The notes beneath the pieces are model-generated. The model was not told the origin of the DNA, searched no databases, and was given only the letters and a program-made list of their open reading frames with translations. 64,000 nucleotides of DNA, taken from the NCBI GenBank assembly GCA_038496445.1, contig JALMLS010000268.1:393299-457298 (forward strand), read 5' to 3'. The translations under genes were made by a program, and so were the position numbers. Shown here piece after piece: positions 52,660 to 63,863 of the stretch (the first letter of the stretch is position 1; each line of letters begins with the position of its first letter). Source of the stretch: Trichosphaerium sp. ATCC 40318 (lineage: Eukaryota; Protista; Tubulinea).

Positions 52660-53433
52660 ATGGAAAAAGAAGATACAGAACAGACTAATCACGATACATT
52701 TGACCTTGTAGCGCTCCCAGTTGAACTTATTGTTCATATACTTAAACAAGAGGCAAATACACTCCATTCCGCCCAAACATGCCGCTTTTTGCGAGATATT
52801 GTTCACAACCACATTGGATACGGTTGTATTAATATTAAAAGTGAAAATGAAGCTCAGATGCTTTCTGGTAGTCCATTACTCCAGAACACGACTATTACGA
52901 CTTACTCTCCCCGTAGATCATTAATAACAGATGAGGGTGTTAAGGCATTGTTGGGTGTACACACAATTGATTTAAGACGTGCAAAAGTCACAGATGAAGG
53001 CTTGAAGGCGTTGGCAGGCGTACATACTATTAACTTGAGCCGTTGTGATTTGATAACAGATGAGGGTATCAAGGCTTTGGCAGGTGTACACACTATTAAT
53101 TTACAAGTAACGGATGTAACAGATGAAGGTTTAAAGGCGTTGGCTGGTGTACACACTATTGATTTGGATAATTGCCAGTCGATAACAGACGAAGGTATCA
53201 AGGCTTTGGCTGGCGTACATAGTATCGCTCTACTCTCAGTTGTAACAGATGATGGCCTAAAGGCTTTGGCTGGCGTTCATCGCATAAAGTTAAGATGGTG
53301 TGATAAGATAACAGATGAAGGTATAAAGGCTTTGGCAGGCGTTCATGATATCCAATTGCAATACTGCGAATCAATAACAGATAAAGGTATCAAGGCTTTG
53401 GCTGGTGTACACAGTATCCAGTTGGTGTCTTAA
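52660..53433 (+). CDS. Intronless F-box + leucine-rich repeat protein
   Basis: LVALPVELIVHIL F-box-like motif; ~8 repeats of VHTIxL..C..ITDEGxKALAG. The track start at 52510 is TTG; probable ATG at 52660 (or 52552). Confidence 0.88.
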   Translation: MEKEDTEQTNHDTFDLVALPVELIVHILKQEANTLHSAQTCRFLRDIVHNHIGYGCINIKSENEAQMLSGSPLLQNTTITTYSPRRSLITDEGVKALLGVHTIDLRRAKVTDEGLKALAGVHTINLSRCDLITDEGIKALAGVHTINLQVTDVTDEGLKALAGVHTIDLDNCQSITDEGIKALAGVHSIALLSVVTDDGLKALAGVHRIKLRWCDKITDEGIKALAGVHDIQLQYCESITDKGIKALAGVHSIQLVS

Positions 53434-53688
53434 AAGACAGCATCAGTAAGAGACAGAGACATGTGTTATGTACAATGGACAAGCTTTATTTTACTACAAT
53501 TCACAAGAGCATATATTTTGGTTTGGGTTCATGACATTTTCGAAAAGACTATCGAAAGTAGAGACAGCAATTATTCACATGTTAAAAAACGCCACTGATT
53601 TGGAATAAAAATTAGCCAAACAAAAAAAAAAAAAAAAGAAGAATATTTTGAGATTTTTTTTTTGTTTTGATTTTTTTATGATGAAGCT

Positions 53689-55921
53689 CTATGAGCGTAA
53701 AGAAAACGCACATGCAAGTCGTGCTTTTCGTGTCAAGTTTACAACAGGTGTACTCAGGGTTTCATCATCACTACTGCTTGTTTCATAGCCTGATAATCGA
53801 ATCAAATCCAGAACATCTCAAAGTTTGTTTTTTTTTTTTGTTTGTTTTGGTGAAGAAAGTTGATATTTTTTTTTTTCTTTTTTTTTTGTTTTCTCTATTT
53901 TACAAATCTACGTGCAAAGTACGAACCGGCATATCCTTCTAAAGCAGGTGTAGGATTACCGTAACCAGAGTCATCAGATTTATCACTATCGCTTACTAGT
54001 AGAGAAGAGAAAGTAAGCAAAAATGTTTAAATATAGTAACAAGTAATTTCATTTGTTGTAGAAAAAAAAGGATCGTAGATCAAGTTTTTCATTTGGTTTA
54101 CTTTATTTTTTAAAAGGTATACTATCTATGTTTAATGTATGTAACAACAAGAACCATTCTGATAAATATAGATGTAGCAAACAATAAAAAGAAAAAAAAA
54201 GTTGGAATTTTTTTTGAAAAAAACTAAAAAGCTTAACGTACAAGATGACTCATCTGAGTGTGATGGTGTTGAGCCATAATCAAAATTTCGGTTTTGGGAA
54301 TCATCAGAATCATATGATTCCCGATCACTTAGTACGCCACCAGAAGCAGCAAACTCATCAGAATCAGAACCAAATCCATGTTCGCTCACTAGCCGGATCA
54401 CATTCTGGTGTCTGAGCAATGTATCTCTATCTACTGAATTATCTACTTGATAGTAATCATATTCACACTAATATCACGTGAGTTTTGACAAGACAAGTTG
54501 AGTTAAGACAGCTCAATAGTGGCTTAAATAAATGTTTGCGAATAAAATTCATCCATGAAACTTACTTCGTCATCTGAAGGCCATTCAATAACTTCTTTAC
54601 CACCAGAAGATGATTCTGCAACAAGTTGTATTCCATTACAGACCAAACTCGATCTAATATTAAATAGGTGAGCAACAAGGAAGGAACAAGAAGAAAAAGA
54701 CAAAAAGAGCAACTTAATGCTGTTTTGGAGCTCCTCCTCCGGGAATCGAACCCGGGTTGGCAACGTGACAGGCTACCGTGCTAAACCACTACACTAAGGA
54801 GGATGTGCTTGTGATTTAAGAAGGCAGGTGTAGCGAGCAGTCAGAAAAGAGGTCTTTACAACAGAATTTGGAATCAAAACTGTAAAAAGAGTTTTTATTT
54901 TTTTTCATTCAAAGAAAAGTTTGGCTTGTAATCAAAAAGGTCTCATACCGTTTGGTTGGTTTTGGTACATCTGTGTCACTGGGAGCAAAAGAAAATTTCC
55001 TAGGGCTTCAGTTGGAGTGGTAAGAATAAGGCCACAAGGGTAGTCGCATAACGTTTTGCAAAAAAACTTACAATTGCAAAAAAAAAAAAAAAAAGAAAAA
55101 AGATTGTTAGAACACTTACGAGTGTAATGTTATTGCTGTACATGTCACGCCTTCTTTTTTTTCTTTAGTGAGTTCTAATACTTTTACACCCTCAACACTA
55201 ACTCGCGTAAGTTAACAGGAACAAAGACAAAAAAATCAATAATTTTTTAATTGAGTTTGTTGGTTGTAGCGTACTCTTTCACATCAATTTGACGTAATGA
55301 ATTTAATCTAGATACCTTAGACATTCGCCTATCTTTTTGGTGGCTTCTAAAACGTCATTTTAAAACAGGTATGTACAGAAAAAAGGTACTTCTAAATTTA
55401 GTAATATTTTATCAAAAAAAATTTGCGTACTGCCGGCGGTAGTCCATTGGATCGCCTCTCTTGAATCCAGGCACATGCTCACGGTTGAATACAGCACTCA
55501 TACGTTTCCTACGAGCAACGCGATCCTATGTGAGTCGTAAGGACTTGAAGAAAACCACGATCCAACAGAAAATTGCGTCCAAAAAAACCATAAAAGTTGA
55601 TAACTTTTACTGTCATTGGCATTGCCTAAAATAATCTCATCGTAGACGTACTTCTAATTCATGTGGGAGTGCTGTAGCGCTCTCACTTGATCCAATATAC
55701 CGAAAAAGTTGCCTTGCTGGTTGATAGAGTGAGTTTTGTTGAAAATACATTTTTCTTTTGTTAAAATGTAGTTATAAAGCCGTACGTTCCGCCAGTATTT
55801 TTTTTGTGGCGCTGTCTTTCCCTTTATCGTTGTTTGAAAGAGAAAAATTAGCCAGTGCTTCTGTAAGAGTACGTTTTGTTGGGCGTTGTTCTACAACTAT
55901 TTTAAAGCGTAAGGGATGCAT
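53689..55921 (-). CDS. Hypothetical protein (basic N-terminal half, Asp/Ser-rich C-terminal half); hosts intronic tRNA-Asp; left-arm copy
   Basis: Mirror of 60031-62259; phase-consistent GT-AG exon chain. Confidence 0.6.
54731..54803 (-). tRNA. tRNA-Asp(GTC), left-arm copy
   Basis: Cloverleaf: acceptor TCCTCCT/AGGAGGA, anticodon loop CTGTCAC, T-arm CCGGG-TTCGATT-CCCGG, discriminator G. Confidence 0.93.
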
Positions 55922-57355
55922 TTAGGGCGCATTAATTGTTTGATTGGTTATATCCATACCAAAACTATCACAAAGATCCTCCTCCCGCTTCCTTTTAACG
56001 CGTAAAATCGTCCCGTTTACTTTTTGGGCGGGGGAAACAATCCGTACAGGCATCTGCTTTAAACGCCTGTTCCTTGCTTGTGCCCTTCGTTCTTTCATTA
56101 TAATACACTTTGCTACTTCATTCGTGGTGTTTCAGACAAACTGATTTGTACGTTAAAAAGTTGTAACGAAGTCAACCCAAAAAAACGAAGAAACAAATTT
56201 CGTTCAACAGTATCTTCGCGTGTCATTTGTTGGAAGCATCTTCTATATCAGTACTACATTGTCATTGTGACACAAATAGATGAAATCGATTTTTATCACG
56301 TGTTTTCGTCTCACTTCACAATTCTAGTCTTTTTTCAGATTTGTCTTCCCAGGAAGTCTTAAGGGTGGCTACGACGCCCAAAAATGTTTAGATGAATGTA
56401 TCGCGTGTAGACTTTGGCTGTTGAAAGTAGAGGAAAGCTAGTGTAGTTTTGAAGAAACAGAAGTAAAACTTGAATTGAGAATTGTATAATGTTTATTGGT
56501 ATACAGAATGAGGTGCAAACAGATTATATATCTTTCTTTTACCACAGATCATCTGAACAACATACAGGAAAGAAAAAATCATAGCAATAGCTCTCACGGT
56601 TGGATAGGTTGAGTGGACAGTTTTCAGCAGGGTCATTGCCAGGATCTGAGTTTACGTTTAAACAGAGTAAAAAAGAGCGCATGCAGCCCGACACTGTGGA
56701 CAACTCTACAACATGGGTTAGCTAGCGATAGGTATACTTCTCCAGCACGAATACGTTCTTCGCGAATTCGTGTTCTACACGCTCTTGACTATCACCTATG
56801 TAGATTTATATCACGTGATTAGTTTCGGCTATTTGATTTTGGGATACAAAGTACATGAGCCCATTTTAATTGGTTTTTTGTTCGGTTGTTTATTACACTC
56901 AAGGAGCGTTTTATAAAAACGTCTCTGAAGGCAAATATACGGAAGTCTAACTAGTATACCAGCTGCTCCAAAAGCGGTTATGGTTTACTTCCATACAGTA
57001 AACTCACGTACATCAAAAGTATTAAGCACTTTATTTGCGAAAGGAAAATCATATCTGCGGAATGGAGTTGCTCGGCCGACTATTATTTTTGGCTGCCAGT
57101 AACTTTTTTACATTCTTCTGATTTTTTACCAACTTTTCTACCTGATTCCAAAGAAGCTATGAGCTAACTATGCATACCAGAATCGCATCAAGTTGCCCTA
57201 AGCTTCAACTGAGACTCGAAAATTTAAAGGAAAAGAAACCAATCGTATTGTGGGCAGCGTATTAGTTTTGGGACACGTTAAATGAACGTACAAGAGAGTA
57301 ATCCATAACAAGCGATGAAAATCGCCCATCGCAGGTTTTTTTCTTATTTTCTCAA

Positions 57356-57388
57356 TTTCCCTGGATTTCCCTGGTATTCCCTGGGAAA
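57356..57388 (+). promoter_or_regulatory. Three tandem 10-bp repeats (tttccctgga/tttccctggt/attccctggg) upstream of the metallothionein ATG
   Basis: Visible directly ~60-90 bp before ATG 57447; regulatory role is inferred. Confidence 0.45.
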
Positions 57389-57446
57389 CGCCCCGGATTA
57401 CCAATTATTCTAACTTCAATCCACACTAAACAACAACGATTAAACT

Positions 57447-58030
57447 ATGAGCGAAACAAAAACAAGTATGTATTACGCCGAAAAAGAATCTACGGGCATT
57501 CTTGATGCCGAAAGAACAACAACTCGTAACTTTCGGTTCCTCGCCTTTATACTTTATTTCTAGCTTCCACAGGCTGCGGATGCGGTTCACCTTGCCCTTG
57601 TGGCACCGATTGCCAATGCGGTGTAAAGGCCGATAAACAAGAAGGTTCGTTTCTTTGCGTTAAACGACTGTTACTCACTGCACCGTAGTAAAACAAGAGA
57701 GCTCCGGCAAAGCTTGCGGTTGCGACCCATGTAACTGCACTACATGCGGTTGCACAGCTGAGAAACCAGGTACGAAGCAACAAGGGCTCAATTATGGCTC
57801 GTTTGCCTTTATTTCTGCTAAAGTGTTTTCCCACCACTAACAATATGCTAGCTACAAAGCGCACAGATGCTTGTGACTGTACAGTATGCGGCTGCGATGA
57901 TTGCGCTTGTGGTACACTATTTTTCGGTCGAAAACTCCAAAGTACTTATTTTTTTACCCTAGGCGTATCTTCAAAGAGGACTGACGCTTGCGCTTGCGAT
58001 ACATGCACTTGCACTACGTGTACATGCTAA
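57447..58030 (+). CDS. Metallothionein-like protein, 5 exons, four 6-Cys modules (~102 aa, 24 Cys)
   Basis: Spliced MSETKTTSTGCGCGSPCPCGTDCQCGVKADKQEVKQESSGKACGCDPCNCTTCGCTAEKPATKRTDACDCTVCGCDDCACGVSSKRTDACACDTCTCTTCTC*. No aromatic residues; all introns GT-AG and phase 1. Confidence 0.88.
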
Positions 58031-58279
58031 AATCATCACGACCGATTTTTAATTTTTAATATAACTCCCTTGTACAGTAAACACAGTGTTTAAAACAAAA
58101 CCAGACGCGTTGTAGTTTCTCCTAAAGAAAAAAAAACATTTTAACTTTTGCGATTTCCTTTCGTAGCAATCACTCTTTTCCCGTTCTCAACGCACTCAAG
58201 AAAGTCTGTATTGTCTGTAGCTAGAAGAATAAGGCAATAAAAAGAACTAAATAAAGAATGCGGAGAAACGCGTATAAAC

Positions 58280-59900
58280 TTCTGTATGTGCGTCAGAAAG
58301 AGTTCACAGTGGGTAAGGAACTTTGGTCTTTAAGTCGTTTTGGACTCCAAGTACACTTCTTTTTCGGACGTTAAACAAGTGCTTGTTTAACATTAGTTAT
58401 CGCGGCTGCAGTTTATGAGTAGCACACCAAGTTCGAAGTTATTGATTCTGACTGTCTGTGTTGTATCTGTACTCTTGATAAATCCCCACGCAGAGCCGCT
58501 CAAGTTATGTGATCCAGCGTATAACCATCCTACACCATCAGAAATCCTCCAATACAGCTTTGAGTGATAGATAAAAAAAAAAGAAAAAATAAGATATTTT
58601 AACCTTGCATAAACACCAAAAAAAAAAGTCCGTACTGCTCCATTTAGTATCCACAAGGTCATAACAATGTTCGCGAAAGTCTCTAGATACTTCATTACAG
58701 TAAAAATACCATCCATGCTCCTTACAAAACGAAGACTTTTCCATTGAATTGACACATGGGAAAATAATCTGAGTGTCAATATTTTCGTTCCCACAGCATA
58801 ATGTTGATGAGAGGCAAGGTAAAAACTTACTTCTAAATCAGAAGAACGTAAAAAGTTACTGGCAGCCAAAAAATAATAGTCGGCCAAGCAACTCCATTCC
58901 GCAGATATGATTTTCCTTTCGCAAATAAAGTGCTTAATACTTTTGATGTACGTGAGTTTACTGTATGGAAGTAAACCATAACCGCTTTTGGAGCTGGTAT
59001 ACTAGTTAGACTTCCGTTATTTGCCTTCAGAGACGTTTTTATAAAACGCTCCCTGAGTGTAATAAACAACCGAACAAAAAACAATTAAAATGGGCTCATG
59101 TACTTTGTATCCCAAAATCAAATAGCCGAAACTAATCACGTGATATAAATCTACATAGGTGATAGTCAAGAGCGTGTAGAACACGAATTCGCGAAGAACG
59201 TATTCGTGCTGGAGAAGTATACCTATCGCTAGCTAACCCATGTTGTAGAGTTGTCCACAGTGTCGGGCTGCATGCGCTCTTTTTTACTCTGTTTAAACGT
59301 AAACTCAGATCCTGGCAATGACCCTGCTGAAAACTGTCCACTCAACCTATCCAACCGTGAGAGCTATTGCTATGATTTTTTCTTTCCTGTATGTTGTTCA
59401 GATGATCTGTGGTAAAAGAAAGATATATAATCTGTTTGCACCTCATTCTGTATACCAATAAACATTATACAATTCTCAATTCAAGTTTTACTTCTGTTTC
59501 TTCAAAACTACACTAGCTTTCCTCTACTTTCAACAGCCAAAGTCTACACGCGATACATTCATCTAAACATTTTTGGCGTCGTAGCCACCCTTAAGACTTC
59601 CTGGGAAGACAAATCTGAAAAAAGACTAGAATTGTGAAGTGAGACGAAAACACGTGATAAAAATCGATTTCATCTATTTGTGTCACAATGACAATGTAGT
59701 ACTGATATAGAAGATGCTTCCAACAAATGACACGCGAAGATACTGTTGAACGAAATTTGTTTCTTCGTTTTTTTGGGTTGACTTCGTTACAACTTTTTAA
59801 CGTACAAATCAGTTTGTCTGAAACACCACGAATGAAGTAGCAAAGTGTATTATAATGAAAGAACGAAGGGCACAAGCAAGGAACAGGCGTTTAAAGCAGA
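58280..59900 (-). pseudogene. TDP1: Tyrosyl-DNA phosphodiesterase 1-like gene, apparently decayed; crosses the right-arm/spacer junction
   Basis: HSKLYW..GWLYAGSHNLSGSAWG..INNFELGVL (second HKN motif region), then a stop before the VPYPL tail. Upstream exons are hard to keep in frame, and the first HKN motif was not found. Confidence 0.65.
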
Positions 59901-60030
59901 TGCCTGTACGGATTGTTTCCCCGCCCAAAAAGTAAACGGGACGATTTTACGCGTTAAAAGGAAGCGGGAGGAGGATCTTTGTGATAGTTTTGGTATGGAT
60001 ATAACCAATCAAACAATTAATGCGCCCTAA

Positions 60031-62259
60031 ATGCATCCCTTACGCTTTAAAATAGTTGTAGAACAACGCCCAACAAAACGTACTCTTACAGAAGCACTGG
60101 CTAATTTTTCTCTTTCAAACAACGATAAAGGGAAAGACAGCGCCACAAAAAAAATACTGGCGGAACGTACGGCTTTATAACTACATTTTAACAAAAGAAA
60201 AATGTATTTTCAACAAAACTCACTCTATCAACCAGCAAGGCAACTTTTTCGGTATATTGGATCAAGTGAGAGCGCTACAGCACTCCCACATGAATTAGAA
60301 GTACGTCTACGATGAGATTATTTTAGGCAATGCCAATGACAGTAAAAGTTATCAACTTTTATGTTGTTTTTGGACGCAATTTTCTGGTTGGATCGTGGTT
60401 TTCTTCAAGTCCTTACGACTCACATAGGATCGCGTTGCTCGTAGGAAACGTATGAGTGCTGTATTCAACCGTGAGCATGTGCCTGGATTCAAGAGAGGCG
60501 ATCCAATGGACTACCGCCGGCAGTACGCAAATTTTTTTTGATAAAATATTACTAAATTTAGAAGTACCTTTTTTCTGTACATACCTGTTTTAAAATGACG
60601 TTTTAGAAGCCACCAAAAAGATAGGCGAATGTCTAAGGTATCTAGATTAAATTCATTACGTCAAATTGATGTGAAAGAGTACGCTACAACCAACAAACTC
60701 AATTAAAAAATTATTGATTTTTTTGTCTTTGTTCCTGTTAACTTACGCGAGTTAGTGTTGAGGGTGTAAAAGTATTAGAACTCACTAAAGAAAAAAAAGA
60801 AGGCGTGACATGTACAGCAATAACATTACACTCGTAAGTGTTCTAACAATCTTTTTTCTTTTTTTTTTTTTTTGCAATTGTAAGTTTTTTTTGCAAAACG
60901 TTATGCGACTACCCTTGTGGCCTTATTCTTACCACTCCAACTGAAGCCCTAGGAAATTTTCTTTTGCTCCCAGTGACACAGATGTACCAAAACCAACCAA
61001 ACGGTATGAGACCTTTTTGATTACAAGCCAAACTTTTCTTTGAATGAAAAAAAATAAAAACTCTTTTTACAGTTTTGATTCCAAATTCTGTTGTAAAGAC
61101 CTCTTTTCTGACTGCTCGCTACACCTGCCTTCTTAAATCACAAGCACATCCTCCTTAGTGTAGTGGTTTAGCACGGTAGCCTGTCACGTTGCCAACCCGG
61201 GTTCGATTCCCGGAGGAGGAGCTCCAAAACAGCATTAAGTTGCTCTTTTTGTCTTTTTCTTCTTGTTCCTTCCTTGTTGCTCACCTATTTAATATTAGAT
61301 CGAGTTTGGTCTGTAATGGAATACAACTTGTTGCAGAATCATCTTCTGGCGGTAAAGAAGTTATTGAATGGCCTTCAGATGACGAAGTAAGTTTCATGGA
61401 TGAATTTTATTCGCAAACATTTAAGCCACTATTGAGCTGTCTTAACTCAATTTGTCTTGTCAAAACTCACGTGATATTAGTGTGAATATGATTACTATCA
61501 AGTAGATAATTCAGTAGATAGAGATACATTGCTCAGACACCAGAATGTGATCCGGCTAGTGAGCGAACATGGATTTGGTTCTGATTCTGATGAGTTTGCT
61601 GCTTCTGGTGGCGTACTAAGTGATCGGGAATCATATGATTCTGATGATTCCCAAAACCGAAATTTTGATTATGGCTCAACACCATCACACTCAGATGAGT
61701 CATCTTGTACGTTAAGCTTTTTAGTTTTTTTCAAAAAAAATTCCAACTTTTTTTTTCTTTTTATTGTTTGCTACATCTATATTTATCAGAATGGTTCTTG
61801 TTGTTACATACATTAAACATAGATAGTATACCTTTTAAAAAATAAAGTAAACCAAATGAAAAACTTGATCTACGATCCTTTTTTTTCTACAACAAATGAA
61901 ATTACTTGTTACTATATTTAAACATTTTTGCTTACTTTCTCTTCTCTACTAGTAAGCGATAGTGATAAATCTGATGACTCTGGTTACGGTAATCCTACAC
62001 CTGCTTTAGAAGGATATGCCGGTTCGTACTTTGCACGTAGATTTGTAAAATAGAGAAAACAAAAAAAAAAAGAAAAAAAAAATATCAACTTTCTTCACCA
62101 AAACAAACAAAAAAAAAAAACAAACTTTGAGATGTTCTGGATTTGATTCGATTATCAGGCTATGAAACAAGCAGTAGTGATGATGAAACCCTGAGTACAC
62201 CTGTTGTAAACTTGACACGAAAAGCACGACTTGCATGTGCGTTTTCTTTACGCTCATAG
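60031..62259 (+). CDS. Hypothetical protein (basic N-terminal half, Asp/Ser-rich C-terminal half); hosts intronic tRNA-Asp; right-arm copy
   Basis: About 10 phase-consistent exons: MHPLRFKIVVEQRPTK..DRVARRKRMSAVFNREH..PKPTKR|SSLVCNG..WPSDDE|CEYDYY..ACAFSLRS*. Confidence 0.6.
61149..61221 (+). tRNA. tRNA-Asp(GTC), right-arm copy
   Basis: TCCTCCTTAGTGTAGTGGTTTAGCACGGTAGCCTGTCACGTTGCCAACCCGGGTTCGATTCCCGGAGGAGGAG folds as a standard cloverleaf. Confidence 0.93.
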
Positions 62260-62514
62260 AGCTTCATCATAAAAAAATCAAAACAAAAAAAAAATCTCAA
62301 AATATTCTTCTTTTTTTTTTTTTTTTGTTTGGCTAATTTTTATTCCAAATCAGTGGCGTTTTTTAACATGTGAATAATTGCTGTCTCTACTTTCGATAGT
62401 CTTTTCGAAAATGTCATGAACCCAAACCAAAATATATGCTCTTGTGAATTGTAGTAAAATAAAGCTTGTCCATTGTACATAACACATGTCTCTGTCTCTT
62501 ACTGATGCTGTCTT

Positions 62515-63288
62515 TTAAGACACCAACTGGATACTGTGTACACCAGCCAAAGCCTTGATACCTTTATCTGTTATTGATTCGCAGTATTGCAATTGGATAT
62601 CATGAACGCCTGCCAAAGCCTTTATACCTTCATCTGTTATCTTATCACACCATCTTAACTTTATGCGATGAACGCCAGCCAAAGCCTTTAGGCCATCATC
62701 TGTTACAACTGAGAGTAGAGCGATACTATGTACGCCAGCCAAAGCCTTGATACCTTCGTCTGTTATCGACTGGCAATTATCCAAATCAATAGTGTGTACA
62801 CCAGCCAACGCCTTTAAACCTTCATCTGTTACATCCGTTACTTGTAAATTAATAGTGTGTACACCTGCCAAAGCCTTGATACCCTCATCTGTTATCAAAT
62901 CACAACGGCTCAAGTTAATAGTATGTACGCCTGCCAACGCCTTCAAGCCTTCATCTGTGACTTTTGCACGTCTTAAATCAATTGTGTGTACACCCAACAA
63001 TGCCTTAACACCCTCATCTGTTATTAATGATCTACGGGGAGAGTAAGTCGTAATAGTCGTGTTCTGGAGTAATGGACTACCAGAAAGCATCTGAGCTTCA
63101 TTTTCACTTTTAATATTAATACAACCGTATCCAATGTGGTTGTGAACAATATCTCGCAAAAAGCGGCATGTTTGGGCGGAATGGAGTGTATTTGCCTCTT
63201 GTTTAAGTATATGAACAATAAGTTCAACTGGGAGCGCTACAAGGTCAAATGTATCGTGATTAGTCTGTTCTGTATCTTCTTTTTCCAT
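62515..63288 (-). CDS. Intronless F-box + LRR protein, right-arm copy
   Basis: Translation identical to 52660-53433. Confidence 0.88.
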   Translation of the reverse strand: MEKEDTEQTNHDTFDLVALPVELIVHILKQEANTLHSAQTCRFLRDIVHNHIGYGCINIKSENEAQMLSGSPLLQNTTITTYSPRRSLITDEGVKALLGVHTIDLRRAKVTDEGLKALAGVHTINLSRCDLITDEGIKALAGVHTINLQVTDVTDEGLKALAGVHTIDLDNCQSITDEGIKALAGVHSIALLSVVTDDGLKALAGVHRIKLRWCDKITDEGIKALAGVHDIQLQYCESITDKGIKALAGVHSIQLVS

Positions 63289-63408
63289 TTTTGCCGAAAC
63301 ATTTACTTCAGCGTTGTTGTGGGAAAGTACAGTGGTGGTGTTGGAATGCACAATGATTTTTGTTGCAACTCGACGACACAATTGTCGGTCAAACATTTTC
63401 TGGCCATT

Positions 63409-63863
63409 TTCGAACTTGGCGCTGGTGCTACCGTGCAACCGTGATTGGCCACCCTAATCACTCTGAATGAATACTGACTTTATGTAGTATTTGCTGTCAT
63501 TTTTGGTACTTTCTTAGTATCATATAACCACTTGATGTGTGATTGACAGTGTAGGAAATAACACCGATGATAAACCACGCTACTGGTGATGGTACTAATA
63601 AACGCAATAAGCTAATAGCCAAAAAAACAATATTATCGGCGTGGTCTTTAGCTAATACTAGCTTAAAAAAAAAGGATAAATCCTCCCTCACAAGCTAAAA
63701 ATTCCTTTTATTTTCTTGCTTTCGTTGCTAAAAACGCACTTTTCATAAACCAATAAGGTATCGAGTGCAATTTTCGTCTTATCGGCTTAAGAGCCCACCA
63801 CTACAATGCCAAAGAAATATGTGTTGTTGTGAATACATGACGCTGTTTACTTGGTGTTTGTAC
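63409..63863. repeat. Dispersed non-coding element, right-arm copy
   Basis: Mirror of 52085-52539; homologous to 32740-33083. Confidence 0.85.

Larger units (their letters stand above)
51948..57124. repeat. Left arm of large inverted duplication (may extend further left; mate runs off window)
   Basis: Reverse complement of 58835-64000. ORFs are mirrored (e.g. 52510-53433 vs 62515-63438); base 64000 pairs with 51948. Confidence 0.97.

Noticed and set aside
52930-53420. Regular ~72-bp repeats with variable interiors resembling a CRISPR array
   Set aside because: In-frame coding LRR units in a eukaryotic gene; no cas genes.
54524-54763. Track ORFs starting inside the tRNA (also 61189-61485)
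   Set aside because: Non-ATG starts within the tRNA/intron; only the distal part is a real exon of the host gene.
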